Assembly (NCBI GenBank): GCA_026416455.1
Contig: JAOAFE010000003.1
Coordinates: 79,805-143,804 of the forward strand
Origin: Syntrophales bacterium
Lineage (GTDB): Bacteria > Desulfobacterota > Syntrophia > Syntrophales > UBA8958
DNA length: 64,000 nt
Direction: 5' to 3'
Shown here: positions 52,075-60,146 of the stretch, one piece after another
Position numbering within the stretch: position 1 is the first letter of the stretch
How the letters are laid out: each line of letters starts with the position of its first letter
Position numbers and translations under genes: made by a program
The notes under the pieces: generated by a model
Told to the model about the DNA's origin: nothing
The model's input: only the letters and a program-made list of their open reading frames with translations
Database searches by the model: none

Positions 52075-53133
52075 CTATGTTTTAAAAATAAAGTTTCCAA
52101 AAAGCCATCCGACGAAAGTGCCGAGAATGACGATTGTGACTACGTAAATGACAGATTTTTTTACTCCAAACACCCGAGCGATGGCAATCCAGTTGGGTAA
52201 ACTCAAACCAGGTCCTGTGAGTAATAGTGCCAGAGCAGGCCCTTTACCCATGCCCAGCTTCATCAGGGTGTCAACGAACGGGGCCTCCGTCATGGTGGCA
52301 AAGTAACTTATCGCTCCGATCAAAGTGGCAAGAAAAGACGGAATCAATCCGTTACCCCCTAGCCATGTTCTGATCCAGGCGTCGGGCAAGAGTTTACCGA
52401 TAACTCCGACGAGAAAAACCCCGCCAAGAAGGAGGGGAAAGATCATTTTTACAAACCACCATGATTCACGCAGCCAACTTTTAATCTCTTCTTTGGTTAG
52501 TGACCGAAGGGCAAATAAAACCATAACAGCCGTAACCAGTGCCCAGATTATAAGTTTTAATGAATAGGGCCCCGTCTGACCTATATAATTGGGCAAAAGC
52601 AGGGAGAGCACGATGAGGAGTAAGAAGATAAGGTGTTTTTTAGTTAAAATTCTGCTCTCCTTTTGGGGCTCTTCTATCTCCTCTGCTGCAGCTTCCTGTT
52701 GAGGGAAGGCGACTGTCATAACCCAGCCGACGACGAAGGCCATGGTGATGGAAGACACCACTCGCGCCAACACCATCTCAAGCCCCAAGATATGGCCTGT
52801 ATAAATCAGAGAGAGAATATTGGCCGAAGGCGCCACCCATAGGACGATAAAAGACACCCCAATGGCCGCCCCGCTGAAGTAAAGACCAGCGGAGACGGGG
52901 ATGACAGTGCAGGAGCAGGCGGCGACGAAAAAACTGGCAATACTGGCGAGGGAAAATGATTTTATTTTACTGGCTTTTCTCCCCAGAGAATTGAGAATGG
53001 CTTCTTGATTGATAAAGGCAACCATACCGCCTGCCAGAAGAAAGGCGGGGACTAAACAAGTGAGGACATGGGTAGCAACGTAGTCCTTCAGGGCTATTAT
53101 ACCGGCTAATAATAATTCTTTAAGAAGAGACAT
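52075..53133 (-). CDS. DUF318/ArsP-like permease
   Basis: About 10 TM helices and an AACSCTVIP motif. ATG at 53133 follows GAGAGGA. The track start is 53172. Confidence 0.75.
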   Translation of the reverse strand: MSLLKELLLAGIIALKDYVATHVLTCLVPAFLLAGGMVAFINQEAILNSLGRKASKIKSFSLASIASFFVAACSCTVIPVSAGLYFSGAAIGVSFIVLWVAPSANILSLIYTGHILGLEMVLARVVSSITMAFVVGWVMTVAFPQQEAAAEEIEEPQKESRILTKKHLIFLLLIVLSLLLPNYIGQTGPYSLKLIIWALVTAVMVLFALRSLTKEEIKSWLRESWWFVKMIFPLLLGGVFLVGVIGKLLPDAWIRTWLGGNGLIPSFLATLIGAISYFATMTEAPFVDTLMKLGMGKGPALALLLTGPGLSLPNWIAIARVFGVKKSVIYVVTIVILGTFVGWLFGNFIFKT

Positions 53134-53212
53134 TGTAATCCTCTCATTTTTTGAAGAAAAATGACGAGACAAAGAGAGTCGCGTAGGTTATTATGTTTTT
53201 CAAAGAAATGCT

Positions 53213-53255
53213 TTGTGTCACAAGGGCAATATAATATGCGAGAAGAGTCTGTCAA
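53213..53255 (-). promoter_or_regulatory. candidate sigma70 promoter plus palindromic operator of the permease operon
   Basis: On the minus strand: TTGACA (53250-53255), 16-nt spacer, TATATT (53228-53233), then the palindrome TTGTG-A-CACAA (53213-53223) at the predicted start site. Confidence 0.45.
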
Positions 53256-53563
53256 GAAAAAGCCACAAAATTTAAACAATGATCCTATTTTGCCCACGGA
53301 ATGGTTGATCTTGGATAACCAACCCAGATGACTTGAATGAGCTGGTAAGTTGACTTTAACGTCTCAGAAATGTGTAGGGCCAGATGCGCCTATCGGTAAT
53401 TTGCTCACTGAGATGTCAATCTAGGCTACTATTATCAGCAAAGGGAGCTATATGGTTGCGACCGGTTTCTATGGTATCGGAACAGACCGATTTGTTGGAA
53501 AAAAGATACTATCGTGAGCATTTCAGAAGGGCTTCCGTCGCAAGCGCATACCTTGAATGGAGG

Positions 53564-53592
53564 TTGAAAAAAATCCCACCCCGGCATAATAA
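53564..53592 (+). promoter_or_regulatory. candidate sigma70 promoter of murI
   Basis: TTGAAA, 17-nt spacer, TAATAA. Lies 33 nt upstream of the ATG. Confidence 0.35.
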
Positions 53593-53624
53593 CAGAACGT
53601 ATACTAACGAAGAAAAGGAGTTCC

Positions 53625-54431
53625 ATGAAAAAAGAGAATGCAATCGGAGTTTTCGATTCGGGTATCGGTGGGCTGACCGTGGTTAAAGCATTGATGGAGC
53701 GCTTGCCGACAGAGAGTATCTATTATTTTGGAGATACTGCACGAGTTCCCTATGGCATAAAATCGAAGGATACCATCAATCGTTATGCGATGGAGATAGC
53801 AAAATTTCTCCTCAGGAAAAACGTTAAGATCCTTATTATTGCCTGCAATACTATGTCTTCTGTTGCCTTTGAGATGGTGCAACAGATTTCTTCCGTGCCC
53901 GTGTTGGAGGTAATTGATGCGGGAGCCCGAAAAGCGATCAGGGAAAGCAGAAGTAGAGTTATCGGGATTATTGGTACCCCCGCTACGATTAACAGCAATG
54001 CGTACGCCAGAAAAATACATTCATACGACCCAAATGCTCGTGTCGTTTCTCAAGCGTGTCCCCTTTTTGTGCCCCTAGTGGAGGAGGGATGGTTAGATCA
54101 TCCTGTAACACGCCTCACGGCCCAGGAATACTTACGACCTCTCCTCGCGGAAAACATAGATACTCTAGTATTAGGTTGTACCCATTATCCTTTGCTGAAA
54201 CCACTCCTTCGGGAAATTGTGGGCCCGCAGGTTGTACTGGTTGACTCGGCGGTAGCAATGGCGGAGAGAGTGGCGGGGCTTTTGGAGGAAAAAGGATTGG
54301 CCAACAACGCTAGCCTGCCGGTGGAATATAGATATTACGTAACGGATGTACCTTTAAGATTTCACACCATCGCCGAGAGATTTTTGGGGAGAGGGTTGGG
54401 GAATATAGAGCTTATAAATCTACCTCTGTGA
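53625..54431 (+). CDS. murI: glutamate racemase MurI
   Basis: GVFDSGIGGLTV, IIACNT and LGCTHYP motifs. Confidence 0.92.
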   Translation: MKKENAIGVFDSGIGGLTVVKALMERLPTESIYYFGDTARVPYGIKSKDTINRYAMEIAKFLLRKNVKILIIACNTMSSVAFEMVQQISSVPVLEVIDAGARKAIRESRSRVIGIIGTPATINSNAYARKIHSYDPNARVVSQACPLFVPLVEEGWLDHPVTRLTAQEYLRPLLAENIDTLVLGCTHYPLLKPLLREIVGPQVVLVDSAVAMAERVAGLLEEKGLANNASLPVEYRYYVTDVPLRFHTIAERFLGRGLGNIELINLPL

Positions 54432-54441
54432 AGGTGGTAAC

Positions 54442-54840
54442 ATGAGGCATCTTTTACATATCTCGACTCATCAGAGAGAGGAGCTCGTTGACATAACGGA
54501 CGAGGTAAAAGCAATTGTACGAACATACGGAAGAGAAGCCGAAATATGTGTTCTGTATGCCCGGGGGGCAACGGCCGCCATTATGATTCAAGAAAACTGG
54601 GATCCCGAAATAAAAAAAGATGTTTTAGAATGTCTGCAAAGGATTGTGCCTAGGGGCATTTGGCGTCACGACCGAGAAGATGGAAATGGTGACGCTCATA
54701 TAAAGGCGGGTCTCATCGGTCCATCGGAAGTTATACCGGTCAAAGAGGGAGAGCTGCTCCTGAGTACGTGGCAGAATATTTTCTTTTGCGAATTTGACGG
54801 GCCGCGGACTAAACGGGAAATAGTAGTTACATTAATCTAA
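54442..54840 (+). CDS. yjbQ: YjbQ/UPF0047 family protein (secondary thiamine-phosphate synthase-like)
   Basis: 132 aa with ITDEV, ENWDP and GNGDAHIKA motifs. Confidence 0.8.
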   Translation: MRHLLHISTHQREELVDITDEVKAIVRTYGREAEICVLYARGATAAIMIQENWDPEIKKDVLECLQRIVPRGIWRHDREDGNGDAHIKAGLIGPSEVIPVKEGELLLSTWQNIFFCEFDGPRTKREIVVTLI

Positions 54841-54890
54841 CGACCTTAAATTCGAAAGTCCATAGGGAAAGGCTAAGAACGTAAGGAGAA

Positions 54891-55394
54891 GTGATGAACG
54901 AGTCAAGAGTAAGGAGAATCAAGATCAAAAATCATCTCGTTGGAATTGTTGACCTGGATCGCGTCTTGGAAGAGGTAGCGAAAAAGTTTTCTGCTCACTT
55001 GGAAGAAGACATAGCGGAAGAGATGCTTCGCCAGTTGTCCGTGGAAAATTATATTCCGCGAGATGCGAAAGATCATTATAAAAAGGCTTTCGTCCGAGAG
55101 TATAGGAAATATATGGGCCTACCCGTAGAAGAGGATAAAAGTGAGGGCTTGGAGGTTATTATCTTGGGCCCGGGATGTGCACGCTGCAATCAGCTCGAAA
55201 AAGATTGTCGTAACGTCATGGAGGAACTTAAATTGGCCGGATCCATAGAGCATATAGAAAACATAAAAGAAATTACACGCTATAGGGTAAAGGGGACACC
55301 CGCTTTGATAATCAATGGGCAAGTCGTGTCAGTTGGTAAATTGCCTCCTAAAGAAAAGATCCGTGAATGGCTGTTAAAGGCGTGGCAAGAATAA
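54891..55394 (+). CDS. thioredoxin-fold protein (redox-active disulfide protein 2 type) with a roughly 85-aa N-terminal extension
   Basis: The C-terminal 80 aa are paralogous to the ORF at 51817-52062 (GPGCARC...GTPALIINGQVV). The N-terminal domain is unassigned. Confidence 0.7.
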   Translation: MMNESRVRRIKIKNHLVGIVDLDRVLEEVAKKFSAHLEEDIAEEMLRQLSVENYIPRDAKDHYKKAFVREYRKYMGLPVEEDKSEGLEVIILGPGCARCNQLEKDCRNVMEELKLAGSIEHIENIKEITRYRVKGTPALIINGQVVSVGKLPPKEKIREWLLKAWQE

Positions 55395-55395
55395 A

Positions 55396-55983
55396 ATGTT
55401 TCACGTGAAACAGACATGGTTAATTGTGTTTTTCCTCTCTGGCGTTTTGCTTTTTTCTCGAGTGTCGGGTGAGCAGATCCCCCCTTTGCCTCATTGGGGT
55501 GCCGGCAAGTGCGAGGTTTTTATTTTCAGCGATTATTTTTGCCTTCCCTGTCAGCGGTTGGAAAGGGATTTGGAGCCGTTAGTGAGGAGGTTAGTGCATA
55601 ATAACCGTATTCGTTTGTGTTTTATTGACCTCCCCCTTTACCCCTTAACACCTTTGTATACGAAATACTTCCTACGGGCCGTAAATGAGGAGACCTCCTT
55701 TGACCACGCCTTGGCCATAAGAAGATTTCTATTTGACCTTGCTTCTCGCCTCTCTGCTCTTAAAGAAGAGCATTTGGAAAGGGAATTCAAAGCAAGAAAA
55801 ATCTCTCTTCCCTTCTTCTACAATGAAAAAATTGAAAGTTATATAGACCATCTGGCCAAGGGCTATGGGATTAAGTCAGTCCCAACCTGCGTTGTGGCGT
55901 GTCCTGATGAGCCCCTTCGAATCCTTCGAGGTCAAGAAGAAATCCTGACTATACTGCGTTCTTTTCAAGATTATGCAGAGTAA
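55396..55983 (+). CDS. secreted DsbA-like thioredoxin-fold protein
   Basis: Signal peptide (WLIVFFLSGVLLFSRVSG) and a CLPC active-site motif after a beta-strand (VFIFSDYFCLPCQ). Codons 1-6 (MFHVKQ) are the parS site. Confidence 0.7.
   Translation: MFHVKQTWLIVFFLSGVLLFSRVSGEQIPPLPHWGAGKCEVFIFSDYFCLPCQRLERDLEPLVRRLVHNNRIRLCFIDLPLYPLTPLYTKYFLRAVNEETSFDHALAIRRFLFDLASRLSALKEEHLEREFKARKISLPFFYNEKIESYIDHLAKGYGIKSVPTCVVACPDEPLRILRGQEEILTILRSFQDYAE
55397..55412. promoter_or_regulatory. parS: parS centromere-like site, perfect palindrome TGTTTCACGTGAAACA
   Basis: Exact match to the conserved ParB-binding consensus TGTTNCACGTGAAACA. parAB lie 18 kb away. Confidence 0.85.
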
Positions 55984-56049
55984 AGAAGGGAATAGACAGA
56001 GATTCGGAAGCAGTTTTGAATACCTGGCCGCAGGGGAGGGAAAAAGACC

Positions 56050-56077
56050 TTGACGTATTATGCCGTCATGGTAATGC
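56050..56077 (+). promoter_or_regulatory. candidate sigma70 promoter
   Basis: TTGACG, 16-nt spacer, TAATGC. Lies 40 nt upstream of the ATG at 56118. Confidence 0.3.
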
Positions 56078-56117
56078 TCCCATCTTAGTTTCCGCAAGAA
56101 CTAGTTGAGGAGGAAAA

Positions 56118-57005
56118 ATGGAGCGAAAGAAAAAAATCTGGTTGGTGGTGATTATTTGCGCCTTCGTTATTCTAAGCGGCGTGGGCGTTTGGCTCTATTT
56201 ACAATTTTATGACGACTCCTGGATCGTTAAAATAGATGGAGAAAAGGTATCTACTGCCTCTTTCCGTGAGAGACTTTCTCGCATGGATCCGGAAGCCTAT
56301 GATTTTATGAAGGCTCAACCCCGCATTTTTGTGGAGGGATTCATTGCCCATTTACTCTTGCTCCGGGAGGCGAAAAAAGCGGCCGGTAAAGAGGCGAAAA
56401 GTGTATCGGACGAAGGTGCTCTGATAAACAACTATCTTACGAAAAAGTACGCTCATCTGCCTCCCATAACGGAACAAGAGGCAGAAGAGTTTTATCGTGC
56501 CTATAAGGATCATTTTGCCGGGAAGAACAAAGCCGAAGTTATGCCCTATATTAAGATGATGCTTGAGCAGAGGCGTCTCTACGGGCACGTGGAGAATCTC
56601 ATGCAGGAGCTACGCAATACGGCGAAAGTCGAAATTAATGATCGCGCCTTGGAAAAAATAGCTAAACTGCCGGTTAAAGAATCTCAAGGGGATAAAGATT
56701 TGCAGGCCGCCCTGAAAAAAGGCAGACCTGTTTTAGTAGAATTTGGCGCCGATAATTGTGCTCCCTGTAAAGAATTACGCCCTATTCTGCAAAAAATTAA
56801 AAGTGAATACGCGGGAAAGATGGAGGTTGTCCTCATCGATGTGCGTTATGAAAAGGAAGTCGCCGATAAATATAAGATTATGGTTATTCCGACCCTCATT
56901 TTTTTCGACCGGGCAGGAAAAGAAGTCGGTAGATTTCACGGGTTTTTGAGTGAGGATAAAATTAAGGAAAGAATTTCCCAGCTATTAACTGAATCTAAGC
57001 CTTAG
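56118..57005 (+). CDS. membrane-anchored SurA_N/PpiD-like chaperone domain fused to thioredoxin
   Basis: N-terminal TM anchor and a SurA_N-like helical region (VKIDGEKVSTASF...LLLREA). C-terminal Trx domain (VLVEFGADNCAPCKELRPIL...VIPTLIFFD). Confidence 0.7.
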   Translation: MERKKKIWLVVIICAFVILSGVGVWLYLQFYDDSWIVKIDGEKVSTASFRERLSRMDPEAYDFMKAQPRIFVEGFIAHLLLLREAKKAAGKEAKSVSDEGALINNYLTKKYAHLPPITEQEAEEFYRAYKDHFAGKNKAEVMPYIKMMLEQRRLYGHVENLMQELRNTAKVEINDRALEKIAKLPVKESQGDKDLQAALKKGRPVLVEFGADNCAPCKELRPILQKIKSEYAGKMEVVLIDVRYEKEVADKYKIMVIPTLIFFDRAGKEVGRFHGFLSEDKIKERISQLLTESKP

Positions 57006-57011
57006 GCATTT

Positions 57012-58646
57012 ATGAAAGTCATTTTTCGCCTCGTAGGTGTGGGATTTATTATTTTTCTATATGCCGCATGCAATATCTCGTTTGAGGATTCTAGTACGCC
57101 AAATGTAACCTCAGGTACACCTGCTTACGGGGATATCATTATAGAAGGATCCATTGGGGACGCCTCAAATCTGATCCCTCTTCTTTCCACCGACAGCACT
57201 TCACATCAAATAGGAAGCTTAATCTATAACGGGCTGGTCAAATACGACAAGGACATTAATATTGTGGGGGATTTGGCAGAGTCTTGGCATATTTCTCGTG
57301 ATGGTTTAACGATTACATTTCATCTGAGAAAAGGTGTTAAATGGCATGACGGGATGCCTTTTACTGCTAAGGATGTTCTTTTTACCTATCAGGTCACGAT
57401 TGATCCGCGGACGCCTACTGCCTATGCGGGAGACTTTCTAAAAGTTAAAAAGGCAGAGATACTTGACGATTATACCTTTCGAGTTCAGTACGGAGAACCT
57501 TTTGCTCCTGCCCTTATGAGCTGGGGTGCCGCCATCTTGCCCCGTCATCTACTGGAGGGAAAAGATATCACGACAACCGCCCTCGCGCGCCACCCCATTG
57601 GAACGGGTCCTTTTCGCTTCAAACAGTGGGTGCAGGGACAGAAAATAGTCTTGGTATATAATCCGGACTATTTTGAAGGTCGTCCTTACTTCGACGGCTA
57701 TGTCATGCGAATCATTCCTGATACGGCTACCATGTTTCTGGAGCTTCGAGCGGGTGGCATTGACCAAATGAACCTAACACCTCTCCAGTACACTCGTCAG
57801 ACGGAGACCCCTGTTTTTAAAAAAAATTTTAAAAAATATCGATATCTCTCATTTTCCTACACGTATTTAGGTTTTAATCTGCGACATCCTTTTTTCTCGG
57901 ACCGTCGCGTGCGGCAGGCCATTGCCTATGCCATTAATAAGGAGGAAATTATCAAAGGTGTTTTGTTGGGTTTAGGTCGGCCTGCAACAGGGCCCTACAA
58001 GCCGGGGACCATCTGGCATAACGATAAAGTAAAAAAATATGAATATGATCCATCACGGGCGCGCGAATTGTTATCGAACGCAGGTTGGAAAGATACGGAT
58101 GGAGATGGTATCCTGGAAAAGGATGGACAAAAGTTTGTTTTTGAAATTATAACGAATCAAGGAAATGAGGTACGGGCTAAGACGGCAGAAATTATCCAAC
58201 GGAGATTGGCTGAAGTGGGGATTAAGGCGAAGATTAGAATTTTAGAGTGGGCGTCTTTTGTCAACGATTTTATCGGGAAAAGGCGATTCGAGGCCACCAT
58301 TCTCGGCTGGACCATCCCTCAGGACCCAGACATATTTGATGTTTGGCACTCAAGTAAATCAGGACCTGACGAGTTAAATTTTATTTCCTATCGGAACAGA
58401 GAGGTCGATAGGTTGATCGAAATGGGACGTAGCACCTTTAGTCTCCCACAAAGGAAGGCCTGTTATGATCGGATACAGGAAATTTTGGCCGAAGATCAGC
58501 CTTACGTTTTTCTGTATGTGCCCGATGCACTGCCCATAATTAGTGCCCGCGTGAGGGGAGTAGAACCAGCTCCTCTCGGCATTAGCTATAATTTTATCAA
58601 GTGGTACGTGCCGAAAGGCGAACAAAAATACGTTATGCTTCCCTGA
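57012..58646 (+). CDS. family-5 ABC substrate-binding lipoprotein (Opp/Dpp-like), orphan
   Basis: Lipobox LYAAC and an SBP_bac_5 pattern (LVKYD.D..IVGDLAESW..S.DG.T.TF.LRKGVKWHDG). No permease or ATPase genes adjacent. Confidence 0.85.
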   Translation: MKVIFRLVGVGFIIFLYAACNISFEDSSTPNVTSGTPAYGDIIIEGSIGDASNLIPLLSTDSTSHQIGSLIYNGLVKYDKDINIVGDLAESWHISRDGLTITFHLRKGVKWHDGMPFTAKDVLFTYQVTIDPRTPTAYAGDFLKVKKAEILDDYTFRVQYGEPFAPALMSWGAAILPRHLLEGKDITTTALARHPIGTGPFRFKQWVQGQKIVLVYNPDYFEGRPYFDGYVMRIIPDTATMFLELRAGGIDQMNLTPLQYTRQTETPVFKKNFKKYRYLSFSYTYLGFNLRHPFFSDRRVRQAIAYAINKEEIIKGVLLGLGRPATGPYKPGTIWHNDKVKKYEYDPSRARELLSNAGWKDTDGDGILEKDGQKFVFEIITNQGNEVRAKTAEIIQRRLAEVGIKAKIRILEWASFVNDFIGKRRFEATILGWTIPQDPDIFDVWHSSKSGPDELNFISYRNREVDRLIEMGRSTFSLPQRKACYDRIQEILAEDQPYVFLYVPDALPIISARVRGVEPAPLGISYNFIKWYVPKGEQKYVMLP

Positions 58647-60021
58647 CGCCTTTCTCTCGGAGATATCTTTTTAAAGATTCGTAACTGGCGGGCATTTCGA
58701 TTGGACGGCCAGAACGATTTTCTATTTCTTTCAAACTCGGCGGAACTTCCGGTTCGATTCCCAGGAGATCCCCGATTTCATCGGGGAATTTTGCCGGATG
58801 AGCCGTCTCAAGGATAATACAGGGGTCATCGATGGTATTTTGGGAAAGAAAGATTTCGAGGCCTCTCCATCCGACGGCTCCATGGGGTTCGAGCAAGACA
58901 TTGTAGTCCTTGAATACCCTAACTATCGTATCTTTTGTTTCTTTGTCGGAAATGCTAACCGAGAAGATATGCTTTCGCATCTCTTCTAGATCGGGGTACT
59001 TATGCACTATGCCAGTTCTATCTACCGTGCCTCCATAGAGCTCGAAGAAACGAGCCAAGTTACTCGGGTGTCCCACATTCATGGCACTGGAAAGACACGC
59101 TCGAGAGGGAGACACCTTTCTGTACTCTCCTGTGGCTAGAAAACGTGGAAATTCATCATTTTCGTTGGTCGGCATGACCAGCCTCCGAACCGGTAATCCC
59201 ATGCGACGGGCGTATTCACAACCGAGGGCATTGCCGAAATTACCTGAAGGAACGGAAAAAACAATTTCTTGTCCTGGCTCAGCCACTTGGGCGTAAGACC
59301 AGACGTAATAGATTATCTGTGGCAATATGCGACCAAAGTTGATGGAATTGGCAGAAGTTAAATTAAGGTCTTTTAATTCAGGGTCTGCGAAGGCCTCTTT
59401 TACGAGATTTTGGCAGTCATCGAATTTACCGTCAATGCTTATGGCCTGCACATTTTCTCCTATTGTATCCAATTGCCTTTTCTGGCGAGGGCTTACTTCA
59501 TTACGCGGATAAAGGATGGTTACATCGATGCCATCCACACCTCTGAAAGCTTCCCCAACCGCGCTTCCCGTATCGCCCGAGGTTGCCACCAGGACATGGA
59601 GCCTTTTTCCCGCAGGCCGGAGTATGCTCATAAGTCGGGCCATCATACGGGCGGCGAAGTCTTTGAAGGATGCAGTCGGTCCCTGATCGAGACGGAGAAG
59701 GTATATTTTATCTGTCACCCTTTCTATCGGTACGGGGTAGTTGTATGAATCATCGACGACTTGGCGGATCAAATCTTCCGATAGGTCTTCCTTCAAAAAA
59801 GCAGAGGCGATGAGAAAGGCTGCATCCTGGTAGGGTTTACCCTTTAGACGTTCAACTTCCGATAAAGTTAATGGAGGTATATGACAAGGCATAAAGAGAC
59901 CTTCGTCTGGCGCTTGCCCCATAAGTAAGGCCTCTCGGAAAGAAACGCAATCACGAAAAGGAGTTATGCCGGAATCGGGAGAGAGGCGAGCATTTGTACT
60001 GTAATATAAAATTGCTGGCAT
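58633..60021 (-). CDS. thrC: threonine synthase
   Basis: YYSTN N-terminus, the PLP lysine context PTASFKDFAAR, and ATSGDTGSA. Confidence 0.9.
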   Translation of the reverse strand: MPAILYYSTNARLSPDSGITPFRDCVSFREALLMGQAPDEGLFMPCHIPPLTLSEVERLKGKPYQDAAFLIASAFLKEDLSEDLIRQVVDDSYNYPVPIERVTDKIYLLRLDQGPTASFKDFAARMMARLMSILRPAGKRLHVLVATSGDTGSAVGEAFRGVDGIDVTILYPRNEVSPRQKRQLDTIGENVQAISIDGKFDDCQNLVKEAFADPELKDLNLTSANSINFGRILPQIIYYVWSYAQVAEPGQEIVFSVPSGNFGNALGCEYARRMGLPVRRLVMPTNENDEFPRFLATGEYRKVSPSRACLSSAMNVGHPSNLARFFELYGGTVDRTGIVHKYPDLEEMRKHIFSVSISDKETKDTIVRVFKDYNVLLEPHGAVGWRGLEIFLSQNTIDDPCIILETAHPAKFPDEIGDLLGIEPEVPPSLKEIENRSGRPIEMPASYESLKRYLREKGVREA

Positions 60022-60086
60022 GGTTCCTCATTTTTTGGTCTTGCTTTATATGTTAAGTAGTTTTGCTGTCAAGGCAATCTTCGTAG

Positions 60087-60115
60087 TTGACAAGGTACTA
60101 AAAGAGAATGATAAT
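60087..60115 (+). promoter_or_regulatory. candidate sigma70 promoter of selD
   Basis: TTGACA, 17-nt spacer, GATAAT. Lies 31 nt upstream of the GTG at 60147. Confidence 0.45.
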
Positions 60116-60146
60116 CGCGCCGTTTCGAAAAAGAAGAGGAATAAGC

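Noticed and set aside
53350-53450. Possible TPP riboswitch (CUGAGA and AGGGA elements), prompted by the yjbQ gene downstream
   Set aside because: The GGGGUGC/ACCC P2 pairing and the ACCUGAUCUGGAUAAUGCCAGCG core are absent, and the spacing does not fit the THI-box.
53384-53686. 100-aa plus-strand ORF in the permease-murI spacer
   Set aside because: It has no RBS and an Arg/Ser-rich composition. It runs out of frame into the murI start, and no motif is recognisable.
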